Shown piece by piece: positions 37,249 through 46,623 of a stretch of DNA of 57,177 bases. Position 1 is the first letter of the stretch. Each line of letters starts with the position of its first letter. Position numbers and translations under genes: made by a program. This stretch comes from an uncultured archaeon (GTDB taxonomy: Archaea > Iainarchaeota > Iainarchaeia > Iainarchaeales > 1-14-0-10-31-34). A model generated the notes under the pieces. That model did no database searches. It saw nothing but the letters and a program-made list of their open reading frames with translations, and was not told the DNA's origin. The DNA is taken from NCBI GenBank assembly GCA_964442255.1, contig CAYTYC010000006.1, forward strand, positions 1 through 57,177, written 5' to 3'.

Positions 37249-40200
37249 GTGAAAACAAGGCTTGGCCTGAGTTTGTTTTTCCTTCTTTTTTTTGCAGCTT
37301 CTGCCCTGGCAACTGAACCCGATTACCCTGAACAGGTTGTTGACGGCGGGGCAAGCTTCGATTTTCAGGGACAGACAAAGGTGAGCCTTTTTACAGGGGA
37401 TGCAGCCATGTCAATTCCCTTAACTGAACTCTCCGGAAGAAACGGCCAAACCTTTCCGCTTTCCTTGGGCTACAACAGCGATTTGCAGCCAATTGTTTCC
37501 GCGACGAACAACCGCTCACAGGCATCTGAATTCGGGCTTGGCTGGGGGCTTGGGTTGGGCGCCGTGTACTTCGACAGGAACGCCACATTCGATGATGAAA
37601 CAGATGACAGCTATTTTATTTCTTCCCCTGTAACAGGTTTCCAGGAACTGATTGAAGTTGCTCCGGATGAATTCCGCCCAAAAAACAACAGTTTCATTCG
37701 CGTGAAAAAAACCCCTGACAACTGGCTTTTGCATGCATTGGACGGAACTCAATACGAGTTCGGGCATTTGCGAATCACGGGAGACTTTGACATTGGCTGC
37801 GACCTCACAGGAACTTACAGCAACTTCCGTCAGGATGAGGAAATCGGAGCCTGTGTAGACCACAAGGACCATGTTTGCTCTGTGGAGCCTGGATGCACTG
37901 CAGGGAACTGCTACACGGTGTTTGACATTGAGTGCGTGTTAAACGACTTTCACACAAATGTTCCGGCCCAATGGGATTTAACCAAGATAACTGACAACCT
38001 TGGAAACAAAATCAACATCTCTTACAGGGACGTTATGGGGGACATGGATGTCAAATACCTTTCATATATGCAGGCAGTCCACTATGCTGTTGACACTGGC
38101 TTCCCATACCCTGACATGTGCGCTGGCTCGGCCTGCGGGGAAAAATGCAATTTTGACACAATGGTGCAGCTAACCCAGTCAATTCCTTTTACGGAAGAAA
38201 CATATATTGACCAGATAACTGATTCAACCGGAAACAGGCTGGACTTCCATTACACTTACAGAAGCGACGCGCCAAACGACTATCGCACAGGATACTATGG
38301 TTCGTGCGGAGCCAGTTACCCGTACGTCGGCTATATGCCTCCCAACCTAACCAAAGAAGACAAAATTGATTACATTGAACACTACAATTTCCTTGGGGAA
38401 CTTGTAAAAGAAATAAGCTTTGACTTTTCTTACCTGAATTCGGGGGACACGGAAAACTACCAAAAGCTTTTGCTTGATAAAATAATTGTTTCAGATGGCA
38501 CTGGAAAAATAGCCCCTGGCTCAAGGTTTGAATATGCGTTCACCTACCGCAGTGCCTCAAATTCCTGGCACGGCCACCTGAAGGATTTCACAAATCCTTT
38601 GGGGGGAAAAACCACTTTCTTCTATGTAGATAAGGCGTACCAGTTCAAGGACGAGGCTGCGGAAACAGGCTCAAAAGGCGCCAGGGTAAGCAAAATCCAG
38701 AGGGACAACGGCTTGGGGCAGGTAACGGAAACAAACTACTCCTATGAATACGGGCACTTAACTACTGAGGAGAGATTAAGCCCTCTTGTGGGATACAATA
38801 AAGTGATGGAGGTTGTTCCGGGAAACAACGGCGAAAAAGTTTACAGATTCTACAACGATTTAACCAATGCAGAATGCGGCGAATGCCCTGACCCTGCAGG
38901 GATAGCTAATTTCCATGAGCTTGACGGCCTGCTTTACCTCACCCAATCCAAGAAAGAGGACGGAACAATTTATTCCTCTTCCTCAAAGGTGTTTGAGGCA
39001 GTTGAGCTGACTCCGGGAGTGTTTGACGCCAGGCTATTGCAGCAGACTGAGGCCTTAGAAACAGTTTCCTCAATTGCGGTTTTCTCCGGCTTTGACGAAC
39101 ACAACGGTCGGCCAAGGCTTGTTTCCAGGAGAGGCGACAATGTGCCTAAATGGAGTTTAACCCAAACAGAATTCGCCCACGACTCCTATCCGGGAATGCT
39201 TTCGGATGGAATGCTTTCCCAGGTTTACAGGACAACAGTCTATGAAGACACAGACCAAAGCGGTTCCATTACAACAGGCGACAAAATGCTTTCCCGCGGC
39301 GGAAATGAGTGGGCGCAGTTTAACGGAAAATTCCTGCCCTCCAACTCATTTGAATGGCTGGACGAAGATGAAGACCAGGTGTATGATGTGCCCAGCCCCG
39401 ACAGGCTGCTTTACACAACCTACGGCTATGATTCGCACTTCAACCTTTTGCAGTCCACTGACCCAAAAGCAAAAAACACGTATTTCTTTTACGGGGACAA
39501 TGAAAACAACTGCTCTTCCTCTGCGGAAGGCCTGAACAACACGCTTTTGACCTGCGTAAGAAACCATTTGGGGCACGAAAAGCTCACCGACTATGACACC
39601 AGAACCCTTAAGCCCAACTCGTTTACCGCGGAAAACGGCGCAGTGACCTCGATGCTTTTGGACGGCTTTGGAGAGCCAAAGGCAGTTAAATTGCCTGGAG
39701 ACCACTCTTACACCCTTAAGATTGACCGCTCTGACCCGAATGTTCTGCTGAAACAGCAGGTAACGGACGGAGCCAAAGTAAAGGCTTCGGCTGAATTTTT
39801 TGACGGCTTCGGAAAAACAGTGCAAACCGCAGTTAAAGAAACAGATTCCCCTTTAAGGGCGTACCGAACTGACACATCATACAATGAAATGGGGGAAAAG
39901 GCTTATGTTTCAGAGCCCTACCGATCAACAGAAGGCATAACCGGAAACCAGCTCTTTTACGTCCTGCCCAACTCTTCCGCCCCAAAAACAGAATTCACTT
40001 ATTTCCCCGAACCAATGCAGAGGCGGCATGAAATAATTCCCGCGGGAAGTTCAGGGGAAAAAATTGTTTTCACTTACGGTGTGCAAAGCGGATTCTACAC
40101 AAAAACGATTACAAACGAAAAAAACCATTCATCCACTGTGCGCTTTGATGCCTCCGGAAACCCTGTCCAGGAAGACCTCCCTGACTCAACTTTCATACAA

Positions 40201-41763
40201 AAGGAGTACGATGCAATGGACCGCCTGATCAAAGAAAAAAACCAGTTAACCCAGGAAACAGCCTACGGCTTTGATTCGCTTGGCCGCAACACCCTGATCT
40301 CAAACCCCGAATTCGGGGCGGTTAACTTCGGTTTTGATGACGCCGGAAACCTTACCATTGAGTCGGATTCAAGGCTATACGATATCACGAGGCATTACGA
40401 CGACCTCCACCGGCTGACTGATGAAGACTACCCCGAAAGCCCTTACGTCGGGCTGGATGTGCACTACGATTACGACACCTATCCTTACCCCTGCTATGCC
40501 CCGGCAAACAACGCCACCGGGAAGCTCACCCGTGTTTCGGATTCAACAGGCGACTACTGCTTTTACTATGACGCAAGGGGAAACATTGTTGCAAAGGACT
40601 CAATTATCGACGGGGTTCACTACAGGACTTACAGCCGATTCGACAAATCCGGCGGCACAATTTCTTTCCTTAACCTTAACACAAAAACAGACTACGAATT
40701 CAATGAAGCAGGCCAGCTGGCCCTTGCCTCAAACAACCTGGTTTCAGCTTCCTACACCCACAGGGATGACGCCAAACCCGATTCAATGGCCTACGGAAAC
40801 TCCGTGGAAACGGATTACTACTTCAATGCCCGCGGAATGCTTGACGGAATTTCAACCCAAAACCTTCTTTCATTCTTCGGGCAACAGGAAAACATTAATT
40901 TCGCATATGGTTATGATTTGGCAAGAAACCTTAAAACTGAAAACGGCGGAACACATTACTACGACCCATTGAACCGCCTGGAGGAAGTTTCAACCCCGAA
41001 TGAAACATTCCTTTACGATGATTTGGGAAACTGGGAAAACAAAAACGGCTTTGAATACGAGGTTGACCCTTTAACAAACTGGATTAACAGCGTTTCAAAC
41101 TCCCAAGGAACAATAACCAAAGTATTGGGATACGATGCAGCAGGAAACATCACCTCAATTACGGGGAGAAGGGAACTTGAATTCCATCACTCTGAAACGG
41201 GAGCATTGGGTGACGGAATAATGTATCTCTGGGGGGCAAACGACCCTGTCAGCAACCAAAGCGATGTGCGGGTTGTTTTTGACGACGGAACAGACCACTT
41301 TGAATGGGAACCTGAAGTCTATGGCTGCAGCCCGTGCGGCGAACAATGCGGCTGGGGCAGAGAATGTTCGGGCGGACTCAGCCTCGATAACTCAACCGTT
41401 GTTTCAGGCTTCCCTGAACCAGGCACTTCATGGTATGACCAGCAGCATGAGGACAGGTTTTTCACTGTATTAACCCGGAATTCTGAAACCACTTCATTTG
41501 GCTTTGGCCCCGGAAACAGGCTCATGGAAGTCAACTACCAGAACGCGGAATTCCTTGAATTCGGATACAATTTTGCGGGGGAAAGGGTGTTGGAGAAAAA
41601 CTCAGTCCTTGATATTGTTTACACGACAATTTATTCAGCGGGAGTTCCGGTTTACAGGTTTGGTGAACCCGAACAGCTCGGCCCAACCTCCTCAAAAAAC
41701 CCCAAAACCAAGGGCGGAAAAATTGACAAAGACATTAAAGCGAATGAGGGGGAAAAGGCATGA
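37249..41763 (+). CDS. Secreted SpvB/TcB-like + YD/Rhs-repeat shell protein lacking the Rhs core
   Basis: Signal peptide (..FFAASALA); VSLFTG..SIPL..LSLGYNS..FGLGWGL and DGTQYEFG SpvB-like motifs; many YD-x-x-G repeats; no DPxG. Start may be 37237. Confidence 0.88.
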   Translation: MKTRLGLSLFFLLFFAASALATEPDYPEQVVDGGASFDFQGQTKVSLFTGDAAMSIPLTELSGRNGQTFPLSLGYNSDLQPIVSATNNRSQASEFGLGWGLGLGAVYFDRNATFDDETDDSYFISSPVTGFQELIEVAPDEFRPKNNSFIRVKKTPDNWLLHALDGTQYEFGHLRITGDFDIGCDLTGTYSNFRQDEEIGACVDHKDHVCSVEPGCTAGNCYTVFDIECVLNDFHTNVPAQWDLTKITDNLGNKINISYRDVMGDMDVKYLSYMQAVHYAVDTGFPYPDMCAGSACGEKCNFDTMVQLTQSIPFTEETYIDQITDSTGNRLDFHYTYRSDAPNDYRTGYYGSCGASYPYVGYMPPNLTKEDKIDYIEHYNFLGELVKEISFDFSYLNSGDTENYQKLLLDKIIVSDGTGKIAPGSRFEYAFTYRSASNSWHGHLKDFTNPLGGKTTFFYVDKAYQFKDEAAETGSKGARVSKIQRDNGLGQVTETNYSYEYGHLTTEERLSPLVGYNKVMEVVPGNNGEKVYRFYNDLTNAECGECPDPAGIANFHELDGLLYLTQSKKEDGTIYSSSSKVFEAVELTPGVFDARLLQQTEALETVSSIAVFSGFDEHNGRPRLVSRRGDNVPKWSLTQTEFAHDSYPGMLSDGMLSQVYRTTVYEDTDQSGSITTGDKMLSRGGNEWAQFNGKFLPSNSFEWLDEDEDQVYDVPSPDRLLYTTYGYDSHFNLLQSTDPKAKNTYFFYGDNENNCSSSAEGLNNTLLTCVRNHLGHEKLTDYDTRTLKPNSFTAENGAVTSMLLDGFGEPKAVKLPGDHSYTLKIDRSDPNVLLKQQVTDGAKVKASAEFFDGFGKTVQTAVKETDSPLRAYRTDTSYNEMGEKAYVSEPYRSTEGITGNQLFYVLPNSSAPKTEFTYFPEPMQRRHEIIPAGSSGEKIVFTYGVQSGFYTKTITNEKNHSSTVRFDASGNPVQEDLPDSTFIQKEYDAMDRLIKEKNQLTQETAYGFDSLGRNTLISNPEFGAVNFGFDDAGNLTIESDSRLYDITRHYDDLHRLTDEDYPESPYVGLDVHYDYDTYPYPCYAPANNATGKLTRVSDSTGDYCFYYDARGNIVAKDSIIDGVHYRTYSRFDKSGGTISFLNLNTKTDYEFNEAGQLALASNNLVSASYTHRDDAKPDSMAYGNSVETDYYFNARGMLDGISTQNLLSFFGQQENINFAYGYDLARNLKTENGGTHYYDPLNRLEEVSTPNETFLYDDLGNWENKNGFEYEVDPLTNWINSVSNSQGTITKVLGYDAAGNITSITGRRELEFHHSETGALGDGIMYLWGANDPVSNQSDVRVVFDDGTDHFEWEPEVYGCSPCGEQCGWGRECSGGLSLDNSTVVSGFPEPGTSWYDQQHEDRFFTVLTRNSETTSFGFGPGNRLMEVNYQNAEFLEFGYNFAGERVLEKNSVLDIVYTTIYSAGVPVYRFGEPEQLGPTSSKNPKTKGGKIDKDIKANEGEKA

Positions 41764-43517
41764 AAAAAGTGACTGCAGTCCTCTTCATAATGCTGCTTTC
41801 CTTTTCTCTTCTCGTGTTCAGCGCTGCGGCCAGAACAAAAGAAATTGAAATAAAGCTTGACTGTGATGACACAGACACGGGCGGCTGCGGAGGCGGCGAC
41901 GGAGGGCAGGCCGTCCCACAATGCGCTCGCTACCTGAGCCTTGACGCCCAAAGCGAATACGAACAAATACGGGTTTCGGTTTCAGGATATTCGGCTTACA
42001 TGTTTAACGAGCTTTCAATTGAAAGAAAGCCCGAGGGAGGGGGTTTCACGGAAATTGAAAGGGTTGTCGACCCTTCATCCGAAGGGCATGAATTCATTGA
42101 CTCAACCGCTGAGGGCGGAGTAACCTACACTTACCGCGCAAAATTCTTTTGCTGGCAGCAGGGGGGAAGTTTCATTGAATCGGATTACACTTCAGAGGAA
42201 AACGCTTTCACTTACTATTGCGGTGATGTTGTTTGCGGGGCTGAAGAAAACGAATACAACTGCTCCTGCGACTGCCATTACTGCGGCGACTGGGTGTGCA
42301 ATGCGGATGAGGATTCAGTGAATTGCCCGCAGGACTGCTTCACTTCAGGGGACGGGGTCTGCAACTTCAACGAAACAGTTGAATCTGCCCCAAATGACTG
42401 CGCTTACTGCGGCGACGGGGAATGCAGGGGTTCCGAGGATTCAGTGAACTGCCCAATGGATTGCGTTGTAACCTTGGTTCCGAATGGGCAGGAACTGTTT
42501 TACGGGAACAGCCGTTCGCCTTTTGCCTTAAGGGAAAACGGAAACAATTTTTACTTCCATTACGACCGTCTTGGCTCAGCGGTTGCGGCGTCAAATGATG
42601 AAGGTGAAAGGCAATGGGAGAAAAGCTATTCTGCCTTCGGTGAAAAGCTTTCAGAAAACTGGGCTTCAGGCTTCAACCAGGCGAGGAATCCGGTCGGCTT
42701 TACGGGAAACCCTGCGGACGGAATCGCATTCCTTAATTTTCGCGCAAGAGAGTATTACCCTGAACTTGGGATATTCCTGCAGTCAGACAGGGTTGTAGAC
42801 CCGTACGCTTCTTCGCATTCTTACTCATGGAACAGCCCGAAAAACTTTGTCGACCCCTTTGGGGAGGATTTTTACGCTGCTGGAACTAACGATGATGGGC
42901 AAACAGAAGTATACTTTACAATAACTTACCAACCCCATCCCAGAGATGACCCAATTCTTTACCACTATGGCAGTTCCGCAATATGGTACAAAAGCAGGTA
43001 CACCAATGAAGGGCAAATAATTTATAGCGGGAGTTCAGGCATTGACGCGGCAACCGCGGCAGCAAGGGACCGGCAACTCTTTTATGAAAATTTTGGCTCA
43101 CAGCCAGATGCAACCATTACGTCCATGCTTTTGCCTTACATTAAGCCGCAGTTCCCTGGTTTGAGTGAAAGAACAAACGCAAGCGGAATTCCGGTATTCA
43201 GGAGCTTCTCGCCTTCACATATGCTTAACTTAAAGTCTTTGGAGGAGGTTGAAGCGGAGAAGCATGCCTGGAACAAGAAGCATTTCCCTGAGATTTATCT
43301 CCCAAAAAGTGCGCCTGAACTCTTTGCAGCATACGGTCCGGCAAGCAACTACCAGGAAAGGCTGCTTTACGAAGGCTGTTCGCTTTCCCCTATAGGTGGG
43401 CCACCAAAGCTGGGCAGGATAGCCCTGGCTTTTACGCGTGTCGGTGCGCGCATGGGCCCAATTTTCAAGAGAGTATCCTTGTGGATGACCACACACCAGA
43501 TTCCCGCAATACCTTAA
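41760..43517 (+). CDS. Secreted FN3-like + Cys-rich + Rhs-core protein with unknown C-terminal tail
   Basis: Signal peptide; FIDS..YTYRAK FN3-like strand; HYDRLGS, YSAFGE, GFTG, AREYYPELGIFLQSD, NSPKNFVDPFG Rhs-associated core. Confidence 0.88.
   Translation: MKKVTAVLFIMLLSFSLLVFSAAARTKEIEIKLDCDDTDTGGCGGGDGGQAVPQCARYLSLDAQSEYEQIRVSVSGYSAYMFNELSIERKPEGGGFTEIERVVDPSSEGHEFIDSTAEGGVTYTYRAKFFCWQQGGSFIESDYTSEENAFTYYCGDVVCGAEENEYNCSCDCHYCGDWVCNADEDSVNCPQDCFTSGDGVCNFNETVESAPNDCAYCGDGECRGSEDSVNCPMDCVVTLVPNGQELFYGNSRSPFALRENGNNFYFHYDRLGSAVAASNDEGERQWEKSYSAFGEKLSENWASGFNQARNPVGFTGNPADGIAFLNFRAREYYPELGIFLQSDRVVDPYASSHSYSWNSPKNFVDPFGEDFYAAGTNDDGQTEVYFTITYQPHPRDDPILYHYGSSAIWYKSRYTNEGQIIYSGSSGIDAATAAARDRQLFYENFGSQPDATITSMLLPYIKPQFPGLSERTNASGIPVFRSFSPSHMLNLKSLEEVEAEKHAWNKKHFPEIYLPKSAPELFAAYGPASNYQERLLYEGCSLSPIGGPPKLGRIALAFTRVGARMGPIFKRVSLWMTTHQIPAIP
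42216..42464 (+). repeat. Four ~21-aa Cys-rich repeats (CGDxxC..E...NCPxDC)
   Basis: YCGDVVCGAEENEYNCSCDC, YCGDWVCNADEDSVNCPQDC, TSGDGVCNFNETVESAPNDC, YCGDGECRGSEDSVNCPMDC. Confidence 0.9.
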
Positions 43518-43582
43518 CCCATAGAAAAAGCCGTAATCAGAAACAAATTAATTAGTTTCCATAAACAATTTTTGTGGTTTTT

Positions 43583-44167
43583 ATGGGCAAAACTGCCGCA
43601 ATACTCCTTGGTGCTGCCGCCGCTTTATCGTATGGAACAGGCGCCTATATGGACCATCTTGCGGATGGAAAGAGGATTCTTCAGGCTGTTAAAAGTGACT
43701 GGAATGGGCGCCGTGAGGTAATAGCCTATGATTCGCGTAAGGAAGGCTATTATAAAGCGGAAGAACACATGCGTGAAGTGGTCCCAGACACCCTGCGCTG
43801 GGTACGGTACATACACCACAAGGCTGACAGCACTATATCGCATGATTTGACGCCCGGAGAGGTAAAAGCTGTTGAAGCCTATCTTAGGGCTTTTGAGGGG
43901 TTGAGCACTACTAAAGTTAATCGCGAAGTTCGACGCAGACTGGAGAACAGGAGATTGGGGGCTGATTTGGCTTATGTTGTTGGCACTCTTGCAGTGGGCG
44001 GGGGGATTGTTAATGCTTTGAGAGATTACTATAAGAGAAGGCCAAAGGGCTCAAGGGGCGGAGGAGGAAGGCCAATGAAGCGCCATGGAAGAGGCAGGGC
44101 AGGCATCAGGCCCAAACTATTCCCGGACAATCGCAAACCCAAAAAATACTCCCCCCAAAGAAAATAA
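43583..44167 (+). CDS. Orphan protein with N- and C-terminal hydrophobic segments (immunity-position gene)
   Basis: MGKTAAILLGAAAALSYG..LAYVVGTLAVGGGIV plus basic tail; directly after the Rhs-core gene. Confidence 0.65.
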   Translation: MGKTAAILLGAAAALSYGTGAYMDHLADGKRILQAVKSDWNGRREVIAYDSRKEGYYKAEEHMREVVPDTLRWVRYIHHKADSTISHDLTPGEVKAVEAYLRAFEGLSTTKVNREVRRRLENRRLGADLAYVVGTLAVGGGIVNALRDYYKRRPKGSRGGGGRPMKRHGRGRAGIRPKLFPDNRKPKKYSPQRK

Positions 44168-44178
44168 AGGTTTTTCCC

Positions 44179-44451
44179 ATGAAATCACTCCACTTAAAAG
44201 TCCATGGAAGGGTGCAGGGCGTTTTTTTCCGCGCATTCACGCGCGCGCACGCGGTTCAGCTCGGCTTGAAGGGTTCAGTGAAAAACCTCATTGACGGAAC
44301 AGTGGACGTGTACGCGGAAGGCGAAGAAAAAAAACTAAAAGAACTCATAGACAGGCTTTCCCGCGGCCCCCCCGGCGCAAAGGTGGAAAAAATAGGTGAA
44401 GAATGGGGAAAAGCCCAGAAACAGTACGCGGATTTTGAGGTAGAACGCTGA
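44179..44451 (+). CDS. acyP: Acylphosphatase
   Basis: GRVQGVFFR, GSVKNLIDGTV, GPPGAKV. Confidence 0.95.
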   Translation: MKSLHLKVHGRVQGVFFRAFTRAHAVQLGLKGSVKNLIDGTVDVYAEGEEKKLKELIDRLSRGPPGAKVEKIGEEWGKAQKQYADFEVER

Positions 44452-44459
44452 TTATCTGA

Positions 44460-44939
44460 TTATTCGACTTTCAGGTTAACCCTTTCCTCAAACACTCTTC
44501 CATCCAGATTAACTTCCGCAACAAAAGCGTAATCCCCTTTCGGAACGCCTGCGGCGGGGTTTGCCCGCACAACAAACTCGGTGCGCTTATAGCCGTGCTT
44601 TGCCAGCACGCCCAAATCCTTTTCAGGAGGAAAAACAATGAAGGCCCTTTCATCAACTGAATGCAGTGAAACAACGGCTTTGCTTACGTCTTCCCCGACA
44701 ATATTGAAGACGCTCACATCGGCCATTGTGCTTGAATCCTTGTTCAAAACCAACGGGTTGGAGCCAAAGGAAACAGCAAGCGCCTTGGGCGAGAAAAGGA
44801 AAAAAACCTGCACCAAAAACAGCGCCAGCACAAACAAAATGGCAAGCGCCATCAAAGGAATGTGCAGGTCAGGAATTCCCTTCACTCCCGCAAACTTAAA
44901 GGAAGGAAGCTTAATTCTTTGCTTGTCGTATATGCCCAT
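44460..44939 (-). CDS. Membrane-anchored protein with beta-sandwich-like ectodomain
   Basis: One TM helix followed by beta-rich segment ending GDYAF..LKVE. Confidence 0.7.
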   Translation of the reverse strand: MGIYDKQRIKLPSFKFAGVKGIPDLHIPLMALAILFVLALFLVQVFFLFSPKALAVSFGSNPLVLNKDSSTMADVSVFNIVGEDVSKAVVSLHSVDERAFIVFPPEKDLGVLAKHGYKRTEFVVRANPAAGVPKGDYAFVAEVNLDGRVFEERVNLKVE

Positions 44940-45032
44940 CTGAATCCATAGAAAAAGGCGCTTGAAGTATTAAAAACTTACCTTGAAACCCTTTAATGCC
45001 TTGATGAAAAAATTGGCGAAGCTGGGCTTGGG

Positions 45033-45320
45033 TTACTTTTTAAGGGTGAAAAGCTTGGAGTCCCCTTTCCCGTCGAGAATGCCTGCCCTAACCCCTGCGT
45101 CAAGCCACGCGTGCGCGTAACTGAAGCATCCGAAAGCCTTCAGGAAATCGCCTTTTGATATGAAGAATTCGCCGTCCTTAACATAATTTCTGCACATTTC
45201 AATGAAGTCCTGTGCGTTTTTCTTGTCCCTTTCGCTTAATCCGCCCAAAATTTCAATTTTTGCAAGCGCAAGCCGCGTCACGTCCCTGTACTTGAACGCC
45301 TCTTCCTTCACCTCATCCAT
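45033..45320 (-). CDS. DUF357 family protein
   Basis: YVKDGEFF..AFGCFSYAHAWLDAGVRAG; follows dph5. Confidence 0.85.
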   Translation of the reverse strand: MDEVKEEAFKYRDVTRLALAKIEILGGLSERDKKNAQDFIEMCRNYVKDGEFFISKGDFLKAFGCFSYAHAWLDAGVRAGILDGKGDSKLFTLKK

Positions 45321-45640
45321 TCCATTCACTGAAAACCTTAAGCAGTTCCATTTCCATTCCATTCACTGAAAAACTTAAGCAGTTCCATTTCCATTCCATT
45401 CACTGAAAAACTTAAGCAGTTCCATTTCCATTCCATTCACTGAAAACCTTAAGCAGTTCCATTTCNNNNNNNNNNNNNNNNNNNNNNNNNNNNNNNNNNN
45501 NNNNNNNNNNNNNNNNNNNNNNNNNNNNNNNNNNNNNNNNNNNNNNNNNNNNNNNNNNNNNNNNNCATTCCATTCACTGAAAACCTTAAGCAGTTCCATT
45601 TCCATTCCATTCACTGAAAACCTTAAGCAGTTCCATTTCC
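45317..45640. repeat. 37-bp tandem repeat (at least 6 copies) at the dph5/DUF357 junction, spanning a 100-N gap
   Basis: Unit CACTGAAAA(C/A)CTTAAGCAGTTCCATTTCCATTCCATT at 45327, 45364, 45401, 45438 and two after the gap; no spacers. Confidence 0.92.
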
Positions 45641-46362
45641 TTTTCACTAAGCCTTCCGCAAACAAGCAATGAATGCGGCGCTGAACCAAAATCTTCTTTC
45701 TTCAATTCTTTAGCGCTTCCCGCCTTTATTTTCATGTCCTTTGCGCCCGCGCGCGCAATTCCGGCCAAAACGGTTTCCGAAATAATTTTTTTCCCTTTTT
45801 TCTTTTCAATTCCCTCAAGCAATTCAATTGCACCTTCAATGCTTAACGCTTCGTCTTTTTCTTCCCCGGGATCCAAAAAACAGAAGGTGTGAAAGCCGAG
45901 CGAAAAGTTTTTTTCAATGACATTGTAAAATGATTCGGGTGAAAAATTTTCCTTCGGCCTTACAATTGTGCAGCTTCTGCCGAAATTGTAGTCATTCAGG
46001 CCGGTCAATGGAACAAAATCCTTTATGGAAACCGCGGGGACAACCTTCCACTTGACCCCCTTTTCTTCCATCGCCTCAAGCAGGGAAATATGGGTTGTGG
46101 CAGTCAGCGGGGAGCCGAAAACAAGGAGGCAGACATCGCGGTTCACGGCCTTTTCCGCGAGTTTTCCGGCTTCTTCCTCCACTTCACTTCTACATAATAA
46201 ATGTATTTTCTTCCCCGCCAGCCGCTCCAGCTCCTTCAGGTTTCCCCCGGAAAAATGGCCGGTGTAGGACTCCAGAAAAACTTCTCCGCATTCCTTCAGC
46301 CTTTCAAGCCCCTCCAGCGTGAGGTGCGTCGGCTTCAGCCCCGCCCCTACCAAACAAAACAT
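45586..46362 (-). CDS. dph5: Diphthine synthase
   Basis: LVGAGL, LESYT, GSPLTATTH, YNFGRSCTI, HTFCFLD, PHSL. Confidence 0.9.
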   Translation of the reverse strand: MFCLVGAGLKPTHLTLEGLERLKECGEVFLESYTGHFSGGNLKELERLAGKKIHLLCRSEVEEEAGKLAEKAVNRDVCLLVFGSPLTATTHISLLEAMEEKGVKWKVVPAVSIKDFVPLTGLNDYNFGRSCTIVRPKENFSPESFYNVIEKNFSLGFHTFCFLDPGEEKDEALSIEGAIELLEGIEKKKGKKIISETVLAGIARAGAKDMKIKAGSAKELKKEDFGSAPHSLLVCGRLSEKEMELLKVFSEWNGNGTA

Positions 46363-46623
46363 TTCAATAGAGTTTTCTGGAAAAGAACCAATAAAAATCA
46401 TTTGGTTCCGTTTTTTCAAGAAGTTTTTTTATGCCCGCAAAATTTTTTTCCGCGTTATTTTTTTTGCGCAAAACTTTTTTTTTGAACGCAAAAAATTATT
46501 TTTTCACAGTTTTTTCGTTTTTTACCGCAAAAAAACTCGCAAAAAAGCAAATGTTTATAAATAAAAAACAGCAAGTAATTGTTTAATTCCAAAAACATTT
46601 TTGCGCAAAGGAGGTGAAACAAA

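Noticed and set aside
45317..45640. CRISPR array (37-bp repeat length)
   Set aside because: Units are head-to-tail with no spacers, derive from dph5 coding sequence, and no cas genes are present.
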